This document shows positions 1 to 7,937 of a stretch of 35,669 nucleotides of DNA, piece after piece. Within the stretch, counting starts at the first letter, position 1. The number at the start of each line of letters is the position of its first letter. The notes under the pieces were generated by a model. The model did not search any database. It saw only the letters and a list, made by a program, of their open reading frames with translations, and was not told the DNA's origin. The stretch comes from Sulfurovum sp. (GTDB lineage: Bacteria; Campylobacterota; Campylobacteria; Campylobacterales; Sulfurovaceae): NCBI GenBank assembly GCA_015663065.1, contig DQSX01000166.1, positions 1-35,669 of the forward strand, given 5' to 3'. Position numbers and translations under genes: made by a program.

Positions 1-66
1 CCCTAAAGTGAGATAAGTACTGTAATTGTATGATATGGGTATGATGTGTAACACCTCTATATCGTT

Positions 67-100
67 CGTATTTTAGGGGTATTATAGCGTATTTTAGGGG
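67..100. repeat. 13-bp direct repeat (CGTATTTTAGGGG x2, 21-bp period) flanking a minus-strand TATAAT
   Basis: Identical copies at 67-79 and 88-100; ATTATA at 81-86 reads TATAAT on the minus strand. Confidence 0.6.
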
Positions 101-161
101 ATTAATGAACTATATAGTTCTGGGAAGGTACAGCTGTAGAAGTTACAGTTAACTAATCTAC

Positions 162-188
162 TGTAATGCCCTAATATTGGGCATTACA
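162..188. terminator. Hairpin, probable intrinsic terminator
   Basis: TGTAATGCCC-taatatt-GGGCATTACA, perfect 10-bp arms. Confidence 0.6.
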
Positions 189-372
189 AATTCTTTAAAG
201 AAAAAATAACTATATTTTTTTCTTCTCTACTGCTACATGAGTAATCCCAGATTAATCACTTAATATATTTTTAAAATCATTTTGAAATTTTTTCTCTTCA
301 AAAATTCCTAGTTAACCGCTCCAACTGACTCATTTGTTCATCTGTTAAAGATATTGTAATTTGCTGTGCCAT
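185..372 (-). pseudogene. Short or degraded ORF (MAQQITISLTDEQMSQLERL...), possible RHH/CopG-like remnant
   Basis: GGAGA RBS upstream of ATG at 372; 24-codon ORF 372-298; a shifted frame continues with an internal stop to a TAA inside the 162-188 hairpin. Confidence 0.3.
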
Positions 373-474
373 GTATATTTCTCCATAGTAGTTAGTGTAA
401 ATCTTAACATAAGTAGATGACTCAAATATTAATAAGAGTATGCATAGAAAGTACATTTTTATAGTAAGATAAGC

Positions 475-480
475 TATAAT
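475..480 (+). promoter_or_regulatory. sigma70 -10 box for the protease gene
   Basis: TATAAT 27 nt upstream of ATG 508. Confidence 0.5.
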
Positions 481-507
481 CTGTCAATAAATCAAAAATG
501 GAACACT

Positions 508-1038
508 ATGGTAATTCTCGGAATTGGAAACGTACTACAAAAAGATGATGGTTTGGGTGTTTATGCTGCTACGTATCTCAAAGAGAATTATATTTTTTCT
601 GAAGATGTATCTGTAATTAATGGTGGTGTTGAGGGAATTAATCTTCTGAATATTTTTATGGACAATGATAAAATTTTAATATTGGATACGATAGAAATAG
701 AAGACAAGCCTGGATCCATCTACGCCATCCCTTCAGGTGAACTCTCCGGACGTGGTCTAAACAGTGGAGGTGCACATGAAATTGGTGTACTTCAATGTAT
801 AGATATGCTGGAACTTCAAGGGAAAGCTATTCCGGAAACAACCATTTTGGGTATAGTACCTGCTGAAGTGACTTTTGACATTGCTTTAAGTTACATACTT
901 GAAGAACATTTTAATGACTATATAAAAGTGGCACTCAATTTTTTAAACAAACATCATATTGAAGCTATTTTAAAAGACAATATTCTTACACTGGATGAAA
1001 TTATCAACAAAGCAAAAGATCCCTCTTTTAACCTTTAA
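508..1038 (+). CDS. hydD: Hydrogenase maturation endopeptidase (HyaD/HybD/HydD family), second copy
   Basis: GIGNVLQKDDGLG, ILDT and GAHEIG motifs (acidic, Asp and His metal ligands present). Confidence 0.9.
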   Translation: MVILGIGNVLQKDDGLGVYAATYLKENYIFSEDVSVINGGVEGINLLNIFMDNDKILILDTIEIEDKPGSIYAIPSGELSGRGLNSGGAHEIGVLQCIDMLELQGKAIPETTILGIVPAEVTFDIALSYILEEHFNDYIKVALNFLNKHHIEAILKDNILTLDEIINKAKDPSFNL

Positions 1039-1784
1039 CTCTTTACTATACTGGTCTCCCATCCGTCATAGTGTGCATCATATATTTCAAGCATATCAAT
1101 CAGATGAAGTGTTAGTTCATCTATATCATGATAAAAAGGTTTGTCGGTCCGATAGAAGCTTATGCCCTTATATCCCTCTTCATTCGTTAATTCATCTTTT
1201 ATTTTGAAACCTTCTTCTATGAGTTTTTCTATCATTTCTTCTTTTTTATATTCACTTTGAAAAAATACTTTATGCTCAATAGCACGAGGGAGATAGAGAT
1301 TATCTTCTTTTGCTTTTAGCTGATCACAGACTTTATGGTTTTGAATAATTTGCCACTCTCGTGGTGTAGGATAAAGCAATTTTTGATAATAGTTCCACGC
1401 TGCATCTTCCTGAAATCCGCTTGTGACCTCATAACTCTCAAACTCATCAAGTGCGAAGTTTAAAAAATCCTGCCAGTTGTAGGTAAATTGCAAATAATAC
1501 AAAAAAGTCACATGACCGTCTGAAATTACACGTCCCACATATTTGCCAATACGAAACTTGATCAACGATGCTTCAAGTTTATCTTCCAAATAGATGATCT
1601 CAGGTTCTTCACTGTCAGACAAAAGCCCCTTTTCGCTGGACTCTTTCAGTGCGACTTTTACAAAGGCAATCTGCGGATAAATATTTTTTATTTCATCAAT
1701 TTCCATGGAAATACCGGCATTGAACAACACTGATGCCGGCTTTCCTTCCAGGTTTTTCATATAGAGTTCCCAGTATTCTTGCAT
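1035..1784 (-). CDS. DUF695 / RraB-like domain protein
   Basis: W..YQKLLYP and YDGWET motifs; start moved to ATG 1784 behind GGAG RBS; about 10 bp downstream of hypA. Confidence 0.7.
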   Translation of the reverse strand: MQEYWELYMKNLEGKPASVLFNAGISMEIDEIKNIYPQIAFVKVALKESSEKGLLSDSEEPEIIYLEDKLEASLIKFRIGKYVGRVISDGHVTFLYYLQFTYNWQDFLNFALDEFESYEVTSGFQEDAAWNYYQKLLYPTPREWQIIQNHKVCDQLKAKEDNLYLPRAIEHKVFFQSEYKKEEMIEKLIEEGFKIKDELTNEEGYKGISFYRTDKPFYHDIDELTLHLIDMLEIYDAHYDGWETSIVKS

Positions 1785-1794
1785 TTTTTCTCCT

Positions 1795-2136
1795 TTATTC
1801 CATTTCAAGGCTCATGAGGTACATATCTTCCCCGTCAAGCACTTTTACATTTAAACTCTCGCACTCTATGCAGTAGTAACGCACTTCATCTACTTCAAAC
1901 TCTGCTTGACACTCCCGGCATTGGAGTTTAAGTTTCTGCTCATTGATGATGAACTCTGCCCCGTCACACATGGTTCCCTCTTTAAAAGTATCGAAGGCTA
2001 CTTGAAGCAGGTGAATTTCAATACCACTCATTACACCGATCTTGCAGATGACTTTGATTATTTTATCTGCAGCATTCTGTTCTGCGATCTCTTCACACTG
2101 GTTTAAGAGTGCCTGTACTACACTGTATTCATGCAT
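1795..2136 (-). CDS. hypA: Hydrogenase nickel insertion protein HypA
   Basis: MHEYS N-terminus, CREC/CIEC zinc motifs; true start 2136 overlaps the hypX stop. Confidence 0.95.
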   Translation of the reverse strand: MHEYSVVQALLNQCEEIAEQNAADKIIKVICKIGVMSGIEIHLLQVAFDTFKEGTMCDGAEFIINEQKLKLQCRECQAEFEVDEVRYYCIECESLNVKVLDGEDMYLMSLEME

Positions 2137-3832
2137 GGTTTTTCTCCTTGGCTTGGGCTTCGACAGGCTCAGCCACCGCTGTAATGTGATTGTCTGCTTC
2201 CTGAGCTTGTCGAAGGAGGAACCTATTTGGTGTTTCTCTTGGACATATTTTATAAACAAATTCTTTTCTAAGATCATGGAAATCACTTTTAGTATCCCAA
2301 AACTCAGGATGCATCACTTCAAGTTCCCTCTCTTTGCATGCTTCTATATGCTCCCTTTGTGTTTCCAAATGATCCTGCTTCTTCCATATATACTCATCAT
2401 TATACGTATTTTTTGCAAAGGTATGCAATGCTTCGTAATAATGTTCATGTGTAAACACTTCATCTATCATTTTTATGGATTTTGCTTTCTCTACTGAAAG
2501 TGGGTAACAGTCATTCAATAAAGACTCTGCCATCTCTTTCCCTACCCGTTTTGCTAACGTGTAACTATGGTATTCACTGCCGCTTAGTCCCAATGTTTTA
2601 TAGTGAGGGTTCAGCACTACACCTTCTTTACCCACAGCATAATCACAGGCAAGTCCCATAAACACGCCCCCTGCACCGGCATTTCGTCCAAAAGAAGCAA
2701 TAGTGACCACTTCCTCTGCAAAGAGAATAGTTCGGATAAGGTCATTCATGGCATTAATGTTTGCCCAGCCATCTTCACCCTGCTTTGCAGAATCTTCCAG
2801 AATATTCAAGTGGATGCCGTTGGAGAAAAAATCCATACCACCTATGAGTACCAGAACTTCACACTCATTTTTTAAAAACTCCACAGCATATTTCAAACGT
2901 ATACACTGATCTGCAGACATCGCTCCATTGTGAAAATTAAAACAGAGATAGGCTACGTTATCACGTTTTTCAACACTTGTTTCATAAAAAGTACTGTAAC
3001 TCTTGTCAAAAAGTAGTGGCAGCCTCTCCTCTTTTGTACCTGCAAGTTTTTCTTTCAATACATACGTCGCAGGAAGTTTAAATTTTCCTGCTTCTTTTAA
3101 GTGACTGATCCACACAGCACCGTCAATAGTCCCCAAACAAATGGCACCATCTCTCTTGGCAAGGATCTCTTTGGGTCTCCCTCTAAATTTATCTTCTTTC
3201 CATACACCATACAGATAACACTTCAAACCCAATATCTCATCGAGCACTCCGGGAAATGAGTCTGAGAGATTTATTTTATCTATAATGGTTTGGGTATCAT
3301 CTTTTAACCAATCAATGGCTCTTTTTTCTTGTGTAAATTTTTCATGTATAGGATTTAGAAGTTGCGGTATTTTTTCATTGTTTTCAAGATTCACAAAAAA
3401 CTGTTCTAATGCTTTTAAAGAAGCCTGTACGATCTCCTGACGATAGAGTGAAGCTTTATATGTTTCCCGAACAGTAAAATTCTCCTGTGCATAAATGTCA
3501 CCACCGTCATAAAGTGCGTTAGCTTCAAAAATGACCACTCCCCAGACTTTGGTATGGCTTTTAAGTGCATACTCCAGTGCATTGGGTCCCCTGTCACCTA
3601 AAGGTCCGGGATGAAAGATATAGGTCGGATAGTTTTCATAAATACTTTCAGGCAGATACCGTTTCAAATATGGACATAAGATCAATTCTGGTTCAAATAC
3701 TCCTATCTCATCGAGCATTTGCCCCTCAGATATGGCATAGGCTACAGCAATCTCATCTCCTCTGTCTTTTAAAGCAGTATAGACAGCTTGAGTCTGAGAA
3801 TTAAAAGCAGTGCACAGCAGGAGTATTTTCAT
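2129..3832 (-). CDS. hypX: Hydrogenase maturation factor HypX/HoxX (formyltransferase + enoyl-CoA hydratase-like domains)
   Basis: FHPG, GDRGP, FHNGAMS, FSNGIHLN, NAGAGG, LNPHYK, GSEYHSY motifs. Confidence 0.92.
   Translation of the reverse strand: MKILLLCTAFNSQTQAVYTALKDRGDEIAVAYAISEGQMLDEIGVFEPELILCPYLKRYLPESIYENYPTYIFHPGPLGDRGPNALEYALKSHTKVWGVVIFEANALYDGGDIYAQENFTVRETYKASLYRQEIVQASLKALEQFFVNLENNEKIPQLLNPIHEKFTQEKRAIDWLKDDTQTIIDKINLSDSFPGVLDEILGLKCYLYGVWKEDKFRGRPKEILAKRDGAICLGTIDGAVWISHLKEAGKFKLPATYVLKEKLAGTKEERLPLLFDKSYSTFYETSVEKRDNVAYLCFNFHNGAMSADQCIRLKYAVEFLKNECEVLVLIGGMDFFSNGIHLNILEDSAKQGEDGWANINAMNDLIRTILFAEEVVTIASFGRNAGAGGVFMGLACDYAVGKEGVVLNPHYKTLGLSGSEYHSYTLAKRVGKEMAESLLNDCYPLSVEKAKSIKMIDEVFTHEHYYEALHTFAKNTYNDEYIWKKQDHLETQREHIEACKERELEVMHPEFWDTKSDFHDLRKEFVYKICPRETPNRFLLRQAQEADNHITAVAEPVEAQAKEKNHA
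2158..2215. repeat. REP-like inverted repeat within the hypX 3' end
   Basis: CTTCGACAGGCTCAG (2158-2172) ... CTGAGCTTGTCGAAG (2201-2215), 14/15 complementary; same arms recur at 8705-8768. Confidence 0.85.
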
Positions 3833-3841
3833 TGATACTGC

Positions 3842-4834
3842 TTAACAGATACGAGGCAAAAGCTCACCCGTAGGCAAGTCTAAAAAGCGTTTAGTACCCC
3901 AGGAAGAGTTGAGTATCACTTTCCCTTCATACTGTTTGGTCACTGTGGCGATCACAGCTGAACTGGTATGTGTATTTTGCAATATTTCCAGAGCTTTGGC
4001 TTCATCCGCTTGTGCTACAGCTAAAACAAAAGTCCCTTCATTGGCAAGAGAGACCGCTTCAAACCCAAGCATTTCGCAAATACCCTTTACCTCTTCCTGC
4101 ACAGGAATACGCTCTTCTTCTACTTCAATGCAGACAGTTGAACTCTTTGCCCACTCATTCAGGACAGCTGCCACACCGCCACGTGTTGCATCTCGAAGCG
4201 CAACAATTTCAATATCTGCATCCATCAGTGCTTTTACCTGCGGATAAAGTGAAGCACAATCCGTCTGAAGCGAACTCTCAAGCTCTATCCCCTCACGAGA
4301 TGCAAAAATAGTTGCCCCATGTGCACCGACATCACGGCTCACTAAAACACTCATGCCCTCTTCTAAAGCAGAAGCAGAGATGCCTTTTTGCTCTATCTTT
4401 CCTATACCAGTGGTATTGATAAAAAGTTTGTCTACTGATCCTTTTGGTACAACTTTTGTGTCACCGCCTACAACCAAAGCACCATTTATCTCAAGCTCTT
4501 TTTTCATAGACTTGACAATTTTTTCAAGCTCACGTGTGGAGAATCCCTCTTCAATAATGACAGAACAGGTCAGATACTCCGGTTTGGCACCCATCATAGC
4601 CAAGTCATTACAGGTACCGCAAACTGCTAGTTTTCCGATGTCTCCACCAGGGAAAAAGAGAGGACTGACAGTAAAAGAGTCTGTCGTAAAAGCAAGCTTC
4701 CCCTCTTCAATGACTGCCGCATCTTCACTCTTTGCCAAAATATCATTTTCAAAGTGTTTATAAAAGATTTTTTGAATTAATTCGTTATTCTCTTCACCAC
4801 CGTTACCGTGAGCGATAGTTACATTTTTAGTCAT
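3842..4834 (-). CDS. hypE: Carbamoyl dehydratase HypE
   Basis: AHGNGG, DATRGG and C-terminal LPRIC. Confidence 0.97.
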   Translation of the reverse strand: MTKNVTIAHGNGGEENNELIQKIFYKHFENDILAKSEDAAVIEEGKLAFTTDSFTVSPLFFPGGDIGKLAVCGTCNDLAMMGAKPEYLTCSVIIEEGFSTRELEKIVKSMKKELEINGALVVGGDTKVVPKGSVDKLFINTTGIGKIEQKGISASALEEGMSVLVSRDVGAHGATIFASREGIELESSLQTDCASLYPQVKALMDADIEIVALRDATRGGVAAVLNEWAKSSTVCIEVEEERIPVQEEVKGICEMLGFEAVSLANEGTFVLAVAQADEAKALEILQNTHTSSAVIATVTKQYEGKVILNSSWGTKRFLDLPTGELLPRIC

Positions 4835-4863
4835 ACTTTATTCCTTGCTCTTTTTCTTTTTTG

Positions 4864-4888
4864 CTTCGTTTTTTCTAAAAAATTGAAG
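4864..4888. repeat. Imperfect AT-rich hairpin in the hypD-hypE spacer
   Basis: CTTCG-TTTTTT-CT-AAAAAA-TTGAAG. Confidence 0.35.
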
Positions 4889-4938
4889 AGAGAAACAACG
4901 CCTCAATTCAACTTAACAGGAAATACAAAAAACAAATA

Positions 4939-6081
4939 TTACAATAAATTCCCATATTTATAATAAGCCGCACAAGCCCCCTCAGAACTCACCATACAAG
5001 ACCCAATAGGTGTTGTAGGCTTACAAGCCGTACCAAAAATAGTACACTCCGGCGGTTTTGCCATACCTCTGAGGATATCTCCGCAGATACAAAGCTTATG
5101 ATCTTCTATCTCTGCAATAGGAAGCACATCCCGGTAAACAACTTCTGCATCCAGAGAAGCAAATTCATCTTTTAACTTAAGTCCGCTGTCGGGGACATTC
5201 CCCAGCCCTCTCCATCTAAAAAGATCCATCTTTTCAAAATATCTCTCTATGAGTTCCTGTGCTTTTAGATTTCCCTCATAGTTGACCACTCTTTTGTACT
5301 GAACTTCCAATTCACAACGATCCTCAACAAACTGTTTGACGATCATAGAGATACCCTGCATCACATCCACAGGTTCAAACCCGGACACCACTACTGGTCG
5401 CCCGTACTCTTTTGGAAATTTATCATAAATTTTTGCACCGGATATGACAGAGACATGACTTGGGCCTATGAAGGCATCTATTTGATTATTGTAAGAGTCA
5501 ATATGCACATCACGGCTGTCTATGAGTTCTGCCATCACTTCCGGCACAGTGACATGATTGATGTGAAAAAGAATGTTCGGAATACCAAGCTTAATAACCT
5601 GCTCTACCAATACTGCGGTCATAGGGGTGGTCGTTTCAAAACCTATGGCAAAAAATATTACCTTTTTATCCGGATTCTCTCGGGCTATCGTAATACACTC
5701 CATAGGCGAGTAGACAAAACGCACATCTGCACCTTTGGCTCTTGCATCCTGCAGGCTTCCGTTAGACCCCGGTACTTTTATCATATCTCCCAGTGTAACG
5801 AGAATCACATCAGGCTGCATCGCCAAAACATAGGCATGGTCAATACGCTCTTTGGGCATAATGCAGACCGGACATCCCGGACCATGAATGAAGGTGATAT
5901 TTTCAGGCATAAGTTGAGGCAGACCGAACTTCATGATCGTATGGGTATGTCCACCGCACACTTCCATAATGTTAAGGGGAGTTTTTAGTCTCTTTGCATC
6001 TTCTGCGATAATTTTGGCATAAGCTTTGATCGTTTCCCCATCTCGAAAATCATCATAAAGATTTTTGAGTTCTAAAGACAT
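4939..6081 (-). CDS. hypD: Hydrogenase formation protein HypD
   Basis: CGGHTH, GPGCPVC, GFETT, PSHVS, CMVSSEGAC. Confidence 0.97.
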   Translation of the reverse strand: MSLELKNLYDDFRDGETIKAYAKIIAEDAKRLKTPLNIMEVCGGHTHTIMKFGLPQLMPENITFIHGPGCPVCIMPKERIDHAYVLAMQPDVILVTLGDMIKVPGSNGSLQDARAKGADVRFVYSPMECITIARENPDKKVIFFAIGFETTTPMTAVLVEQVIKLGIPNILFHINHVTVPEVMAELIDSRDVHIDSYNNQIDAFIGPSHVSVISGAKIYDKFPKEYGRPVVVSGFEPVDVMQGISMIVKQFVEDRCELEVQYKRVVNYEGNLKAQELIERYFEKMDLFRWRGLGNVPDSGLKLKDEFASLDAEVVYRDVLPIAEIEDHKLCICGDILRGMAKPPECTIFGTACKPTTPIGSCMVSSEGACAAYYKYGNLL

Positions 6082-6372
6082 TTATGCACCTCTTGCCGGA
6101 CACTCATCATCTTCCAGAATAGCCCTCTTGCGCTCATCTTCATTCATGAGTTCGAGTATCTCCCGGTAAGTCTCAATGGAAGCGAGTGCCTCTTCTTCAT
6201 CTATCTTATTCATCACAAAACCGATGTGTAAAAGTACATAATCACCAATATTTACATCTTCATCATCCATCATCATAAGATTTGCATCACGTTGGACACC
6301 CATAGTATCTACGGTACACATCATTTTGTCATCTGAAACTTTTACTACTTTACTGGGGATCGACAGACACAC
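6082..6372 (-). CDS. hypC: Hydrogenase chaperone HypC
   Basis: MCLSIP N-terminus (GTG start), LLHIGF. Confidence 0.96.
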   Translation of the reverse strand: MCLSIPSKVVKVSDDKMMCTVDTMGVQRDANLMMMDDEDVNIGDYVLLHIGFVMNKIDEEEALASIETYREILELMNEDERKRAILEDDECPARGA

Positions 6373-6388
6373 ACTTTCTCCTTTTTTA

Positions 6389-7192
6389 CTACACTCTCAT
6401 TTTACGTTTGAATTCTATCCACTCTGCTACTGCTTTGACTGAATCTCTATCGTTCACACTGACTTCCAGTATGTCTACATTTGGCTTGATGCGTCTTGCC
6501 TCTGCTTTTTCTGCTTCCATATCATATTGAAAGTGAGGAAGCAGATCTGTTTTGGTAATAAGCACAAGATCTGCCTGACGGAACATCACAGGATACTTGG
6601 CTATTTTATCTTCACCCTCCGGGATGGAGACCAGCACAATGTTCAAGTGCGTACCCACATCATAAGATGCCGGACAGACAAGATTCCCTACATTCTCCAC
6701 AAAACAGACATCCAACTCATCAAGAGGCATATCGTGCAGACCCTTATGTACCATAAAAGCATCCAGGTGACAGGCTGATCCGGTCTGTATCTGCATCGCA
6801 GGAATACCTTTTGCTTTCAGTCTGTCCGCATCTTTACTGGTCTCAAGATCACCCTCTACTACACCGAATTTAAACGCTGCTACATCTGAAAGGTGTTCTA
6901 AAAGTGTTGTTTTTCCAGACCCCGGAGAACTCATAAGGTTGATGCCCAGAATTCCTTTTGCGTTAAAGTGACTTCTATTATGTTCTGCTTCATGATCATT
7001 TTTATCTAAGATCTTTTGAATGACAGAAATGGTCTTTACATCATTAAGTTGAGGGTTATGATGCAAATTTTCATGTGCTTGCTGATGGTCATGGGAAGCA
7101 CCATGCGAGTGAAAGGTCTCTCCTCCGTCATGACTGTGTTCATGGGAATGTTCTTCCGTGCCTCTAATACTGCAACCGCAATCTGTACACAT
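6389..7192 (-). CDS. hypB: Nickel-insertion GTPase HypB
   Basis: MCTDCGC, His-rich region, SSPGSGKT, ACHLDA, ENVGNLVCP, TKTD. Confidence 0.97.
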   Translation of the reverse strand: MCTDCGCSIRGTEEHSHEHSHDGGETFHSHGASHDHQQAHENLHHNPQLNDVKTISVIQKILDKNDHEAEHNRSHFNAKGILGINLMSSPGSGKTTLLEHLSDVAAFKFGVVEGDLETSKDADRLKAKGIPAMQIQTGSACHLDAFMVHKGLHDMPLDELDVCFVENVGNLVCPASYDVGTHLNIVLVSIPEGEDKIAKYPVMFRQADLVLITKTDLLPHFQYDMEAEKAEARRIKPNVDILEVSVNDRDSVKAVAEWIEFKRKMRV

Positions 7193-7201
7193 ATCTATCC
7201 T

Positions 7202-7840
7202 TTATCCTATTAATATATTTGTTCCTACAACAAGTGATATCACACCCGCTGTGGCAAAAGCTTTTCTTACATTTTTAATGTTGCCCAGGAAATTCTGATT
7301 AATGTAAAGAATAAGCATTCCGAAAGCTACAAAAATGAGCATGACCCCTAAAGTAAAGGCTCCGACCATTGTGAAATCAACAACACCACCCTGAACGACA
7401 CCAAGTGTGATCAGCATACCCCTTACACCGCCTATTCCCATGAGAAGCCCCAGGGCAAAAGAAGAAGTGGTATCTCTGTTATCATGTTCATGTGACTTAC
7501 CGAACCAAATATGTATATGTTCTTTGCCTTCATGCATGTGCTTGCGAAGCTGTATGCGATCCGTTGCCACTATAAAGAGCAGGTACAGCCCCATGGCGAT
7601 GATCACTGTAGCAGATATGATATCTCCGTAAGCCAGGATCTCTTCAGAAATGTGTACACTCTGCAGTACTTTGGCAAAGACAAAAAGACTAAGCCCGTGA
7701 CCTATAGCAAAAAGTGTTGTAATAAGAAGTGTTTTCTTTTTGTTTTTCCCTATGGAAAAATCAGCAATGGCAGTAAGATGGTCAGGCCCAAATGCATGCA
7801 GTATGCCGTACCAAAAAATAACTAGTAACGATAGTTCCAT
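7202..7840 (-). CDS. Nickel/cobalt transporter (NiCoT/UreH-like)
   Basis: HAFGPDH signature, GHG motif, His-rich loop, several hydrophobic segments; start moved to ATG 7840 behind GAGGAG. Confidence 0.8.
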   Translation of the reverse strand: MELSLLVIFWYGILHAFGPDHLTAIADFSIGKNKKKTLLITTLFAIGHGLSLFVFAKVLQSVHISEEILAYGDIISATVIIAMGLYLLFIVATDRIQLRKHMHEGKEHIHIWFGKSHEHDNRDTTSSFALGLLMGIGGVRGMLITLGVVQGGVVDFTMVGAFTLGVMLIFVAFGMLILYINQNFLGNIKNVRKAFATAGVISLVVGTNILIG

Positions 7841-7858
7841 AAAGGCTCCTCTCAAAAC

Positions 7859-7881
7859 TGAATCATAATTCACTAATGATA
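7859..7881 (-). promoter_or_regulatory. Palindromic operator TGAATCATAATTCA next to -10 (TATCAT)
   Basis: Operator 7859-7872; -10 at 7876-7881; motif shared with 16491 and 19409. Confidence 0.7.
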
Positions 7882-7937
7882 GTATTTATATATTAATACA
7901 AAGTTAAAAAAACAGAAATTTCTACAAAGAACTAAAG

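Noticed and set aside
418-432. TGACT-N5-ATTAA as a fourth hydrogenase operator
   Set aside because: Wrong spacing and two mismatches
2137-2286. 50-aa N-terminal extension of the hypA ORF
   Set aside because: Lies inside hypX and reads through the palindromic element; HypA begins at MHE (2136)
7874-7898. NikR-like TAATG-N15-TAATA at the Ni transporter promoter
   Set aside because: Imperfect match in very AT-rich DNA; cannot be told from chance by eye
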